From a virus (Duplodnaviria; Caudoviricetes), in IMG/VR virus record IMGVR_UViG_3300022752_000086, positions 1 through 55,989 of that record: a DNA stretch of 55,989 bases; one strand, written 5' to 3'. Under the pieces are notes generated by a model, which worked only from the letters and a program-made list of their open reading frames with translations, was not told where the DNA came from and did not search any database. Of this stretch, positions 1 to 14,600 are shown piece after piece; positions within the stretch are counted from its first letter, which is position 1, and every line of letters starts with the position of its first letter. The translations under genes and the position numbers were made by a program.

Positions 1-2
1 TA

Positions 3-2594
3 ATCCCAATCTCCACTAAACCAATATGTTGTTCCTGCTCCCGGTTCATTGTATTCTGCATGATAGCACGGAGGAGTTGCAGTAGGTATATTTGTGTCGG
101 CAAAAAGTGGAGTATTGTCAAAATTAGCATCAAATAAGCTGCTGTAAGTACATCCATTTAATTCATTTATAGTTCCATATCGTACACACCAATATACAGG
201 ATTTTCACACGATCTAGAACCATCAATAAAATCTAAAGTATTGGGACAAAAAGTTATAAAACCACTTTGAGTTTTTATTGGATACGGAATATGCTGAACG
301 TATATGGCACCACTGCCACCTAAATCTGCTCGCATTTCTTTATTTGTGCAGTGTGCACAATAACGAGTGGCAGTAAAAGGAATAGTAATAGGATATTTAT
401 TAATAATATCTCCAGTTATTCCGTTTCCTCCTCCTCCTATTGCGAGACAGCTACAAGGACTTTTAGTATAATTTAATGGTATAGTAATGGAAGATGTTGA
501 CTGTAATTCTCCATCAATACAAGATACAGGATATAGAATTAGATTAGCAGCAAAATCAACATCTCCGCCAAATTGTGTTATACAATCATTAATATTACTA
601 TTGATTGTCAGAGAAAAAGTTGTACCGTTTTGGAAAGCATCGGTACTACTTACAGTATTACCATTTGCACTAAAAACCAGATTAAAACAACCTAAAGACC
701 ACACATCTATTTCTCTTATTGCAATATCAGTATCAAGAATTTGTATTTTTCCTCCAATATAATACGTTGTATTAATTGGAGCATTCATTAGAGTAAAATC
801 AAGAGAAGTGGCAGGAGTACCAACATCAGAATTATAACTAACTAAAGTTTCTGTTTTTGTTGGGTCTATAGAATGTACTACATTAATAATGGGATTGCTT
901 GTATCAATACTAAGTGTTGGTTTAGTTCCTAACTCTCCATTTTCACATTCGCTTTCTGCGTTTGTTCCTGTATAGAAAGCACCACAACCACAATCTGCTC
1001 TGGTTGTAGATGTACAGGATCCTGCCTTTCTACACCAACCAGTTTCAGCAAATGCATCACAGCCCCCTGCAGCATTAAGTTCATCTTTAGTTTTATAATG
1101 GGGAACTCCCTGTAATTTATTAACACAATAATATTCAGTTTCTTGTGTTGCAGTATAAGTTCCATCTCCATTATCAACACAGCAAGTTACTGGACCTAAA
1201 CATCCGTTTGGACATACTAGTTCAGGAGTATTTGAATCGGTATTGGTGTTAGTTCTGCGTCTAGTACTAAAAAATCCCGGATACTTATCGTAAGTAGCAC
1301 ATTTATCTGCATATTGTTTAAAAGTTCCACCAATAGAATCACACCAATTTCTTGTTACGTTTATTCGTCGTGCAATTATTGCCGTATCTCTTCCGGATAA
1401 TGTTCCACTTACTGGATCTGTTATTATTATGTTTTCCGCATAAGGGGCATTAGTATAATCAATACAACCTGTTATTCCACAACAACACACACCCAATCCT
1501 GGAGAAACTATAAAAGCACCGCCATTGCAACCAGCTTCTGTGGTTCTGGACGAACACGGAGTTAATGCAGAAAATACACCGTTTAACTCATTACATTGAT
1601 TAACAGTTTTATCGTCTAAACAATTTCCATTAACACAACAAGATCCCCAATCTGCTATTGGTGGATTATTAGTTCCAGAGTAACTTATATTTCTTTGTAT
1701 AATAGAACCATTGAATGTAACACCACCATTATCAGACCATATAGAAACTACATGCAATCCTCTGCCAGATATTCCTGAATATTTTATGCCTGTTGTTTCG
1801 TTGTTAGAAAAATATAAATTTTTTGGAAGATTTAATACTGGTCCAAACTCAGTATTAATGATTAAAGTATATTCTTGACGAACGTTACTGAACGTATACC
1901 CTCCAGTAAATCCTGTTATTCCTAATGGTCCCTGTATATAAAATACCGAACTCTGTGAAAGATCTAGAACTATATTAGCAGGATCGCTTGCACCTCCCGA
2001 CCATATTGATTTGTGAAATAGTTTTGATTCTTTAAATAATGGGTTTAACATTGGATTTCCTACAGGTATTCCAGTTAAACCAAAATTTAAAATATCGTTA
2101 GTATTAACGTATATTCTAGTAGAATCTAAAGTATTTCCGTTGATATACGGAACGTAATTAGCAGAAGCAGAAATACCGTAACTACCCACAGAACTAAATC
2201 GTACTACTGCTTGTTCTCCCTCCAGACTAATAGTAGTATTAGCACCTGCACTTAAACCATAAAAATTAAAAGTTATTCCCGTAATCCCATTAAACGGACT
2301 AAAATAGGTATTTCCAGTTTCTCCAGATACACCAATAGTATTACTCCACGTTCCTGTTGTTCCGGTAAATCCAGTAAATGTATAATCAGCACCACTACTA
2401 ATATTAAATGTTATTGTGTTTAAATCTAAATTAGAAGAAACAGAGGAAATCCAATCACCAGTGCCTCCAGTATTACCAGTGGTTAATCCTGTTGGACCAG
2501 TATTACCAGTAATACCAGTTATACCAGTAAGACCGGTTATGCCCCTAGTGCTAAAATTTCCTGGTATTATTGAAGATCCTATTGTACTTGGCAT
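3..2594 (-). CDS. Collagen-like/Cys-rich putative tail fibre or adhesin, partial (>864 aa, runs off the window start)
   Basis: Not in the ORF track because no stop lies in the window. ATG at 2594 reads MPSTIGSSIIPGNFSTRGITGLTGITGITGNTGPTG. Later DWGSCCVNGNCLDDKTVNQCNELNG and GVCCCGITGC Cys repeats. Spot-checked as open at the window edge (..TYWFSGDWD). N-terminus resembles the two upstream ORFs. Confidence 0.8.
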   Translation of the reverse strand, partial: MPSTIGSSIIPGNFSTRGITGLTGITGITGNTGPTGLTTGNTGGTGDWISSVSSNLDLNTITFNISSGADYTFTGFTGTTGTWSNTIGVSGETGNTYFSPFNGITGITFNFYGLSAGANTTISLEGEQAVVRFSSVGSYGISASANYVPYINGNTLDSTRIYVNTNDILNFGLTGIPVGNPMLNPLFKESKLFHKSIWSGGASDPANIVLDLSQSSVFYIQGPLGITGFTGGYTFSNVRQEYTLIINTEFGPVLNLPKNLYFSNNETTGIKYSGISGRGLHVVSIWSDNGGVTFNGSIIQRNISYSGTNNPPIADWGSCCVNGNCLDDKTVNQCNELNGVFSALTPCSSRTTEAGCNGGAFIVSPGLGVCCCGITGCIDYTNAPYAENIIITDPVSGTLSGRDTAIIARRINVTRNWCDSIGGTFKQYADKCATYDKYPGFFSTRRRTNTNTDSNTPELVCPNGCLGPVTCCVDNGDGTYTATQETEYYCVNKLQGVPHYKTKDELNAAGGCDAFAETGWCRKAGSCTSTTRADCGCGAFYTGTNAESECENGELGTKPTLSIDTSNPIINVVHSIDPTKTETLVSYNSDVGTPATSLDFTLMNAPINTTYYIGGKIQILDTDIAIREIDVWSLGCFNLVFSANGNTVSSTDAFQNGTTFSLTINSNINDCITQFGGDVDFAANLILYPVSCIDGELQSTSSITIPLNYTKSPCSCLAIGGGGNGITGDIINKYPITIPFTATRYCAHCTNKEMRADLGGSGAIYVQHIPYPIKTQSGFITFCPNTLDFIDGSRSCENPVYWCVRYGTINELNGCTYSSLFDANFDNTPLFADTNIPTATPPCYHAEYNEPGAGTTYWFSGDWD

Positions 2595-2618
2595 GGTTCT
2601 TTAATATGTATATTTAAT

Positions 2619-5600
2619 TCAAATCGATACAGATTTGCCGTAACTCCATAATCTACGAACAATTTCTCCAGATTCAGCAATCCTTATAGACATTGCATTA
2701 GTATGATATTTTCCAGTATTCATATATTTTATACTACTATTTATCTCTAAACTAGGAGGTATCACACTCTGTCGATACTGGCCAGAAAAACGATATGTTG
2801 GCACTACACCATAAGTATATACTTTTCCTTTAGTAGACAGTGCTGAAATATGATATAGACCAAATCCTAAAGTAGATATAGAATAATTATACCATTGTGC
2901 TGGTACAGTATTCATAGAAAATTGATTAGAAGTAATATCATTAAAATAACTTGGAGCACCTCCACTTAAACAAATAACTGGGAATACTTTTCCTTCATTG
3001 GTTATAAACATAGCCTGATCTACACCCGCAACAACTTCTCGTATAGAACGGAATGAACGAATATATGAACTATAAGGATTAATAGAACATCCCCCTATTT
3101 GACCCCCACGAGAAAGATCATACAAATATTGTGGAATACCTGGACCAATCCATTGTCGGTTGTAGCTGATTTGAGGCAATACTAAACCAAGATCGGTAAG
3201 ATATAGCGCATATCCATTGCCTATAGTAGCATCAGTAAACACTGGAGCAAAATCTGTTTGTTTTTCTAAAGTAGCACCAAGTCCAATAACTCTTTGATCA
3301 CTAAGAACCAAAATACTCTGATAATTTGTATCATAAGTTCTTGTTAAAACTGGTATATGCGATTTGCCTAGAGTAATGATCGGACCTTCGCTCATGGGAT
3401 TAGCAACAAGACTATTATATGTTGCAAATTTCTTTTGGAATGAAAGTTGTTCGTATCTATTATCGCCCCATCCAAACAATACATCATGAACATTAGATGA
3501 TGGCATATATGGATACGTGTGCCATATTTCTCGTTCAAACGTATCTCTCCAAACTGTGGCATTGAAATATCCGCCAGCATTAATTCCTAGAGGATAATTA
3601 TTAATAACACCTGCTCTAAAACTAGTATTTGGAGACAGTCCATAGAAAGAATCTACATTTGGCTCACCATCTACACTTGCTGTACTGTAATAAGACCATC
3701 CCCATTTTCTACCATCAGTATAAGCATTTAGTAAATATTTTGAAGAATTTCTTAATTGTTTGGTATCAAATTCATAAAATGGAACAGACTGTTGATACGT
3801 ATTATCACCAAACGAATAAACTGGATTCATTCCTTCTATTTCTTTTCGTATAACAGCAGTACCTGTAGATAATGTATTAATATAATCGACAATATTTGTG
3901 GGAACTCCCTCAGACCATCCAGGAGTATCTAAACAATCATATTTAATACCAAAATTATCATATGCAAATGTCCAAGTTAGTGTAGAACCAGCACATTCAT
4001 CATTATAATATTTAAAACCAACAACATGAGTTGTGCCTGCAGCTAAATGCTTATATGCATTTCCAAAAATTATTCCAGACCTATTGTCTCCACTATAACT
4101 GGTTGTTGCTCTATCTTTAACAAATTGTTGTAAATTTCCTTTTATGCGTATACCACCACGGTCTGAAACTTGACTACTGCAACCAGTATCTCTTACTTGT
4201 GGGTCTAACCATGCCGTAAATTCTCTACCAAGACTCATATCAATAACATTTACATTTGGTATTTCTGTTTGACCATGAGTATTTCTACCCCAACATAATG
4301 GAGTTTTCATATAACGATCTACACCAGATAAATAAGAATTTTGATTTGTTGAGATACAATTATGATATCCCCCAGCCCATATTTCTTCTATCTCAGTATC
4401 ATTAACAAATAATTTATTTATTTCATACGCTGTTTTTGGCCAGACACATTGATTATCTGAATTATTTCCCCAACATAAAATTTTATTTTGTTGTTCTATT
4501 TCGTCTTTGTATAATAAACATGTATGTTCATCACCAGCTTGTAATTTAATTATATTAGTTCCACTAATTGAATCTATAGGAGTTACTAATGCAAATCTAT
4601 TAAATGGATCTATTATTTTTAATGTTCCATCTTTATGAATTAATGCTATATGAGAAGCCTCAGTATTCCAAGTGCCATCTATAATTGCTTTGGATCTGTC
4701 TGGTGTTCCATCTAAATTTCTAACTCCAGGATATATTAGATTCCATTTTGGATTATTATCATTATTGGACGGATCATATGATGTAATTCTCACATCATTA
4801 TCTGTTCCTATTGTAAAATAGAACATCTTATTTCGTTTAATATCATATGAAGGAGAAAGTGGATGTTTGATTGCAGATTGTATTTTAATTATTTCTTCAG
4901 TATCGTCTTTAGATTTATCTCTAGTATTAATATTAGAGATATCTAATCCATTAGTATCAGATGAATTATAATTTTTACCTTCTAAATTAAAATACGGACT
5001 ATCATATAATTCTGATGAATGCCTATCAGGAATACCAATATTTGTAATAAACCATTTAAATAATCCTGGCCCTGTTCTAGTAAATGCTATTCTTTCAGAA
5101 TAATTTTGTGATATAACACCAATTCTAGAAATATTAATATTTCTATAACAAGAACCACACTGTGCTAAAATATTTGAATCTTCATATAATTGTAATAATT
5201 CAACATCTGTATTATTTTTATAATATTCTTTGATTCCTTCTTTTTCATATGAAACAAATTGTGTATCATACGTATTATTAAAATTACCAAAAAGATAACC
5301 AGAATCTATAGTTAAAGTTTGTCCCAACAATCCATCGTCTCGTATTTGTTTAAAACTATCGATATTATCAAAAAGATATTCATATTTTGTTTCATTATTT
5401 TTATTAAAACAATATGGAATATAATTACCAAACACATTTGGTTGTGAAATCTTTAAAAAGTTATATGCTTTAAATTTAAATAATAATTTTTTATTAGGTA
5501 AACTACTCTGTGCTCTATATTGATTTTTTAGATCTACTAATGCACCAATTAATGGTTTTAGTTCTAAGAATAATTTAATAAATCTAGTTTGGCCTCCAAT

Positions 5601-8600
5601 ACTATATTTAAAATAACTAGACCAATAATTCCAAATAAATTCGCTATCAGTTAATAGATAAACATCACAGTTTTTTATTGGATCCCAACCTGTAGATTCG
5701 CAATAATCGTACCTATCTAAAAACCCTTTAAACCAAACATTTTCTATCCAAGCTATGTGAACAGGATCTGATATTTCATAGAATACTTCAAATTGTTTTT
5801 GACCATTTGATAATTCTGAAAGTTCTGTTATTCGAATTTTCATCTTTTTATTAAAAAGATTACTATTTTCAACAGATCTAGTAGCTGACCATAAAACAGG
5901 TGGATCCATAGATGTTAAGTCTGATGGTGTTGTTGGTATTGCAGCACTTAAAGAAGTAATAGAACCAATAGGTTCTTTATTATAATCAAATATAGTAGTA
6001 TTTTTAGTAGATGCTTTTGCAAATGATACCCATATTAATTTATTATCAAAGTCCCATCCACGTATAATACCATTATCGTGACCAGAATATAAATTGCCAA
6101 AATGATCACTTTCTAATACTGTTACTTTACTTTTAGGATAATTGTAACCAATTACATTAGTATATTGTAAAGAATCTAACAATAAATCATTATCTGGATT
6201 GGATGGATCTATTTCCAATATATCTCCAGTATTAAATCCAACAAATATTTCACATTTTCCATTTTTAGAACAGATAAAATCTGTTATTGTATTAGAAAAT
6301 GTTCTGGAGTATGATTGTGTTTCGTATGGTGTATCAGATTCTAATCTAATATCATCCATATTCCAGGTATTACTTATAGTGACAGAACCATCATCTATAT
6401 CATTTATAATAGTAGAAGGTATACCGATAATATTGTCGTTTTCGTCTACTACAAATAAATTTCCTTCCATACGCAAAGAATTATTGGTAGGATGATTATA
6501 CAATTCTGCAAGAGTTTCGTTTTCTCTGAAAAGAGTATCTCTAGATAGACGAACAATATATTTAAATCTTTTTAATTGTTCTCTTTCTTTTGCATAAAAA
6601 TGAAAAGCTATATTTACAGATGTATTATATTGTTTACATGTCAATATTATTCTATTAAAATATCGTAAAGCTTCTAAATCAATTGGTTGAGTATTCTGTG
6701 TAATTCTACTAATAATCTGACCAGTTTCTGAATTTATAGATTCTAAACGTAATATAAATTTCATTACCTTTTTAGATTTTTCTGTTAGTCTATGAGTTGT
6801 AATGGTATTTGATGTTGCTATTATTAATCGTCTAGATGAAGGAAATGCCCATTTTGCTTTAATAATTGGAGAAGATGTTTTAATGCTTTTTATAACTGTA
6901 ATCTTTTTATCCTGTATCATATCGTTAGCATCAAGCACTACTACTTCTCCGCTATCTAAATTATTCATACTTATTAATAAATATTTTTGATCAAAACTCC
7001 AATCTATATTTTTAATTTCTTTATTTTCAAAGGGTGTATTGAATATAGCTTCAAAACTAGCATCAAATATTGATTTAGCTGTAGTTTGTGGTATTAATTC
7101 TTCTGGTAGTTCGTCTTGTTTTGCATAAGTTGCTCCCCATACAACTATATTTTGATCATATAGCGAATATGTAAATCCTTTAAGCGTTCCTCGTTGTTGC
7201 TCAATATTTTCTGGAATATTATAACCGTCGCTAGTATTTCTTGTAGCTGAATTACCATAATATAAAGGAACAGTTACATTTAATAAAATATTACTTGGAA
7301 CTTTATTTTGTCTTAAACCAAAATATCCAGCATATACATTGTGGTATTTTCCAGCAGATGCTGTTATTAGTTGATAATCGTCTAAAGAAGTACTTGTTTG
7401 ACTGAGATCTCCATTGCCATATCCAGGTCCAAACACAGAACAAAAAGAAGCAGTTACACCTTCCATTTTAAGTACAAAATCATCATATTTTTGATATTTT
7501 ATATCTAATGATTTATTTGCTTTATTCTGAGGAGGCAAAGATACCTGACCATATTCGTTTTGGCCTCCAACAACAATAAAATTTTGGTATTTTGCAAAAT
7601 ATGTATTTAATGGTCCATATACTGTTGGGAATAATCCTGCAGCAACAGCACCATTGAAAAGAGTTACTCCTCTATTATCTTCCCAACTCAGTAATTTTAC
7701 TTTATTAGAACCATCGTATATTTGTGCTTCAATATACTGATTGTAATCGGGAGGATAATCTCTTTCAGGATCTCTAGTTAATATGATATTATGATCTGCT
7801 CTTGTAGAAACATGTTCTATATTCACATGTCTATAATCATTTAATAAACATGCTCTACAATTTATATTTGCATCTTCAAAACTGAGAGTTTGGGCTCCAG
7901 GTTCACCACATTCAGGTCTTCTTTCACTACAAGGACGCCATTTTCCATCGACTCTATTATCTTTAGTATACCACTCAGAATTATAACAATCTTCTAAAGC
8001 ACTATCACAATACTGGCAATCACAATCTGTAGCACAGCTATTGTAGCATGGGCATGGATCTTGAAGACATTGATTTCTTCTTTGATCTCGTATCCAAGAT
8101 TCTGCACTATGATCATTTTGATCGTATAATTCTATTCCTCCAAGATATCTTCCTTGAGGATTTGGATCACCATATGCGTATGAGATACCACCAAATACAT
8201 CTTTACAGCAATTTGGGAATAATCTAAGATTATTATCTGCAGTTAAACCTAAACGATTAGCACAATCCTGTATCTGATCTTCTGGTAATTCTATAGTAGC
8301 AATACCTGTCATGCCTCTGCCTTGGAATTCTGCTCCTCCCCAGGTAAATGCAACATAATTATTAGCATCAGAGATTAGTGATGCAAAATTATGTTTATTG
8401 CCTGCAGCATATACACGATGACCAAATTTTGAATTAGAAGTTTCAATAAATTTAGCACCCTCACCACCAATATTTTCTGTTGATTCGTTTTCTGAATTTT
8501 CACCTGCAGTTAAATATGTTTTTCCTTGTATTCTATATGCACAAGGTATAGATTGAATATAGATTCCACTTTCTATTGGTTTTAGTGGAGAATATTTAAT

Positions 8601-11600
8601 TGTTTGTACTGGTAGATAAAAATTATCACTAGAGAATATATCAGGTCTATCAGGATCTGATATAAAATTATGAGTATGGGCATAAATTGCTTGTATATTA
8701 CTATACGGATTAAAGAAAGTTTTATAACTTTTTTTATTCACTTCCGAAAAATCATAAACAGTATGATACATACCACAACTTATAGGAGCAGTTCTAGTTC
8801 CAACAAATTCTGGTGAAATATTTGCATTTAAAAATGCTGGTATCCAGGGTTTTTCTTTATATGTTTGTTTTCGTAAATCTCTGCCTTCTATTTTTTCAAT
8901 ATCTCCAAGCTGCCCTTGACTATTATCTCCCCAATTATAGTTACCGTAAACATTAAAACATACCCAAAGACTGTCATTTTTATCTGGTCTGAATCTAAAA
9001 ATATATTTATTTTCAATATACGGATTTGGTCTTCCTTTACAATTAATATCATCGTCACATAAATTATCACTTTTCCAAAAATATTTTAACTTTAACCATT
9101 TAGGAAAATGTAATCTATTTAAATATCCTTTTCTATTAAAAAAGCCATCTGCTAATTTTTGATCACCTTTGTCAGATACTGCTTGATTTTGTTCTGGAAT
9201 AATGTCTCTAAGATCAATAAAATCCAAAGCTTTTCCATCATTTTCTATATTTATTTCAACTATTTTTGTTTCTCCGCCTTCAACAACTACAACTTCTCTA
9301 GTAAAATCATTCCAAATATATTTTGTTGGAATAGCATCTGATAATGTAGAAAACTCTGAAGCATGATCAGTATATTCTAATGGATATGATGCTTCTGTAT
9401 TTGCATAAAACATACTTCCAAATAATGCCGTAGTATCTATCAAATATTCTTTACAACTATTTCTAGAATTAGTATCTGTTTCATCAATATTACAAGGATC
9501 TCCACATTCATTAAATGAATTTAAAATTTTTACCCATGGTTTTACTCTTGGATCTGCAATATCTAATTTACCACAAACTTTAATCATACCTCTAGCAGAT
9601 GCATGGTGATTACTAGCATCCATATTAAGAGTGTATACATTATAACCAAATCGACCACTTATAGATTCTAGTGGAGTAAATCCTTTCTTTATATCATTTA
9701 ATAAGATACAATCTGAACATTCTGGTAATGATTTCTTTAGATTGGAATCCGAAGCCCATATATTGTGGTGAAGATCAAAATAATCTACTCGCTCATTGGT
9801 ATTTGGATTCCATCCTAGTGCAAATGAATATGCATCTAGCCAATCGTATTCTTTAATTATTAATTGACCTGTAGTATCGTCTTTAGCAAATCCCCAATTT
9901 ATACCAAATTGAGATTTATATCCTGGTTTAAAATCAATAGGAAATCTATTATTACTTTTATATTGTCCGATTCCAAATGATAGTTCATTAGGATCTAAAG
10001 AACCATCTAGTATAGATTCTTTAAATATTGCATGCCATTTATAATGATCTCTGGGAGTATTACAATAAAAAGTAAATGCAGTTGCCCCATCAATAACATC
10101 GGACTCCTGAATCATAAAAAACTGTGTTGGTCCTATTCCATAATATCCATCTCTTTGAGTATTTTTGAAAAATCCTAAAGGATTAACAGACCATTTATCG
10201 GGGTCTCTTCTTGTTACAGTGGTTTCTCCAGTTGTTTCATCTACTATAGTTGTTATTGGTCTGTAACTGGGATAATCAAATTCACTATCAGACGGACCAT
10301 GGGTTACGGCTATTCCTCTATTATAATTTTTATTTTTATAAGCACTACCAAAATCAGCAAATATTGGTAATGGAATTCCAGTTATTCCATCTATTCTACT
10401 TAATGGATATGGAGTTAATTTTGTAATATCTGATTGATTATTCAAATATTTTTGATAATCAAAACCAGCATTCAATCCGTGACCGTCTATGAATTGATAT
10501 ATTTTTGCATCATCGTATTTTATATTAGGTCTATTGATATACCCAGAACCATAATTTAAAAATATACTAAGTTCTCTATTAATAGGATAACTAAAATTAT
10601 AATAAATTGGTCTATAATCTGCAACAAATATCTCTTCAAAAAATTCTGTAGCAGAGAATGTTGTATCTCCCCATGTGTCTAGTGTATCTTGTTCTATTTC
10701 GGCATCTGACCCAGAACTAGGTAATAATACAGTTTCTTGATCCTTTGCGATAACTATATTATTTTCTCCAACAATATTTCCTATATCTGAATCCATTTTT
10801 GCATTAGTGTGTTCATTAAAATTACTAACACCAATAGTTTCTCGTGGAGGAAAAGCACTTAATACAGAATAACCGGGATTTCTTTGCCCAGGAGATATTA
10901 TTGGTACTGTAGCTAAACTTTCAGAAGAACCAAATCCCCATCCGTATACAATACCATCTTCAGTTAAACCTATAGTATATTGATTTGCACAATTAATCTT
11001 AGTAAATTTATTTGTCTTACTATAAACTTCATTACATTGATTACTTCTATTATCTCCCCATAATATTAAAGATCCATCTGGTCTTATACCACCACTATGA
11101 TAATCTCCAGCAGAGAGATATATAAAATTATATTTCTTTTTTAATTCATCCGTTGGGATTACGGATTGGCCATAATGAGGATTTGATTGTTTTGCATTAG
11201 CAATAGCATCTTTTTCAGAACCTGCTCCCCACGCATATGCTTCTCCGGTCTCAGTTAATGCCATACTATGATATAAACCAGCAGATACTTGTTTTGCTTT
11301 AATTGGTTTACCATTTATTAGAGGTGGTTGTGTTTGGCCGTAATTTACAGTATTGGATATTTCTGAACCATATATTTCTGCGCCCCAACAATATACCTGA
11401 TAATCTTCATATTCTACACCAGCTATAGTTCTTCCAATATCATATGGTCCTTTGTATAAAATACCAACATTATGATAATTGTTTGCAGAAATCGATCTAA
11501 ATCGTAAAGGAATACCATCATCGGCCAAGGGCAACCCTATTTGACCGTAATTTTCTTCTATATCTGGATCTCCCCAAACATACGGTAAATAATCAATAGG

Positions 11601-14600
11601 AGAAGCAACACCATCAATTGGTGGATCATTTATAATACCAATAGTATGCCAACGACCCATTGACATTTCTTTAAATGATGTAAATTCATATAGATCACCA
11701 TCTAGAACAATACCAGCAGAATATTGATATAAATTCTTATAAGCAATATCATTTTCTATACGAGTTCCTAGTGTTTCGTTTTGATTATAACCATAACTGA
11801 TCCAATTTTCATCATATTTAACAAATGGACTGTCATCATCACCAACTTTAATATAATATTTTTCTATTTTTACAGCAGTACCAAGAGTATTTGTTAGTAC
11901 TTCTACTGGCAATACACGTATAGCAAACATGTCTCCATTATTTGGATCTACTACTAATTTTACTTTTTCAAAAAGTAAGTTTAGATTTCTTGGTTGAGTT
12001 TTATATCTGAATCCCCAAGGAACTACTCTTGAAAAATATCCAATATCATTATTATTCCATTTAATATCTGGAATAGTTTTTATAGCAATTCCTCTGAAAC
12101 CATCAGCAGCAATATCTCTACAGGAATATCCTGTATTATTTGGATCTTTTAATTTTTCTCGCCTTATAAATTGTAAATATTCTTTAAGAGTGGGATCTTC
12201 TAAAGAACCATAATGGCTTAATAACCATTCTATAGGTTTAGTAGATATTCCAGTAGTTCCTATTAAATCTGTTTTATAAATCTTTTCATTTATGTACGGT
12301 TCATTTTTTCCATCTCCATAGATTTTTAATTGTTTATATGGAGTATCAATTACTGCAATTGTTGTATTGGATGCACTTCCGGTTTTTAACCACTTTATAT
12401 CTGGAGACGGATATTCTGTTAATACAGGATCATTACCAAATCCTATAATATCACCAACTCCCAATACGTCATCCACATAACCTTTAAGAACTAAACTGTG
12501 TTCTTTTCCTGCAGATATTTTTTTAATTATTCTTCCCCTTTCCAGATTTGTTAATTCTGGTGGTATAGATTCTATATTATCTTTAATATCTCCAAATACG
12601 TAAGGACTATCGTCTTTATCGATAGCTAATGTTAAATTACCTTTGGCATAAACATGTTTAAATTTTTTATTTTGTAATATTGGATCTGTAGAAATATCGC
12701 ATACACCATTATAATTATTATCACATAAACAATCCACAGTACCATCTTCAAACAATATTACTACATGCTCATCACCCAGTGAAAAATCAACAACCTTTTT
12801 AGAAAATTGTTTAGTTTTTATCCAAGAATTTTCAGAAGTACCATATCCCCATCCAATATAACCATAACGATTTGGGGCAAGAGAATAGATAACTCCATTA
12901 TAAAATGGACCACTACCAATAAATTTAATATATTGTTCTATTTGTTTAACTCTTTCTGGTATTATTGACTGGCCAAAATCGTATTTTTTAGCATTTAGAT
13001 CATTTTGAGTTAAAGTTCCTGCACCATATGCAACTAAATTTTTTCTTTCATTAGTATTTTGTAATACTAAAGTATGAAAATGCCCACAACTAACTTCTAT
13101 AGCGTAATCGTTTTCATTGGAATATGTTATACTTTTTGCTTGATCAAAAGAAAAACTAGTTTGTGGTTTTTTTGGTATACCAACACCCCAACAAATAACA
13201 TCTCCTGGATTATATGAAATATCTCCTATAGTTAATTCTTCATCTGCTATTATACAAGAATGATAGAATCCACTAGAAGCTTGATAGCGATTTATATTTC
13301 TAGAGATAGTATCTATGAATAATGGTTCATTTGAATTTTTTATACTAAAAAATGGGTTTTCTGGACCTTTAGAAGCAATTACGGCTTTCCAAAACTCTGA
13401 TTGCTTTTTGGTATCAGAAACCGGACCATTTAATCCAGTAAATCCAGTACCATTTGGTATAGCCATAATATAACCTTTAGAACAAGCAGGAGATGTATCA
13501 AACGTTATTCCATTATCGTGTAGACATTCATCAGAGGCAACAATATACATTCCATGCCTGTGCCCAAGAGTAGCTGCAAGAATTCGTCTTGATAAAATAC
13601 CATTTGGCCAAGCACCACAATATAAATCCGAAGAAAAGGCAGGATCTCTATTTGTTAATGTGGTATACGGATCACAAGCAAATGGAGAAACATCATTTCC
13701 ATATCGATCTTTATTAATTACTATTAATTCACTATTATTCCATGTTCGTAAATAACCACCATTTCTATTAATTAATAATATTTCTCCCGATTCTCCTGAA
13801 TACATTTTATTTAATACGTAATTTTTATCAGAAGCTGTAGTTGAAGTTAATATAGTATAATTTTGAAGTTTACTATAATCATTCATAAAAAATAGATCAG
13901 GTTTCATGGTATAATATGCCATATTACCTGAAGTTAGTAGATTTGTTATTTCTTGTTTAATAAATCTTGGTTCATAGTATTTTTCTACAATTTCATTTTT
14001 TGTTTTTTCGCAGATATTAAACAAACCGTCAAATGCATATTGTCTAGATGTCCAAAGAGGATCCTTTGTAGGACGATTAGAGCAAAACACATTATTTTCT
14101 ATTACGGTTGATTGTATAGATGGATATGATGCTACTTCATCTACGCGTGTAAATGTACTCTGATCAAATTTTAATATTAATTGTTCTTTTAATATCTGTT
14201 TAGAACAACCCAGCAAATCGTCTTCATCATTTGTTAAATTTTGATCAGAATCTAGATCTGCACATGGATTTATGTTTTTAAATATAGGAAATAATTGTGT
14301 TTTATTATCTTCGGTTTGCCATACGTATTGCTGAGTTTCCTTATAAAAACAATGATTACTTCCTAAAAATTGTTGTGCGGTTAGTCCTGTAAAACCAGAT
14401 CCTCTTGTGATATACGCTAAATTTAAATCAACAAAATCACATTCATCTCCCGAAATACAATTTATACATGTGCGATTATTTGCTTTCCATATTATGGATC
14501 TATAATGAGATGCTCCTTTTCTGCATCCGTATAAATTAGAACATCCAGATAATGGTTTTTTAATAGGATTTCCATCATCATCTAATCTTTCTGGATTTTC

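Noticed and set aside
487-2604. Short track ORFs 487-762, 929-1180 and 2416-2604
   Set aside because: They are shadows of the long partial minus-strand CDS starting at 2594; the PV-rich 2416 ORF is the antisense of G-x-T repeats.
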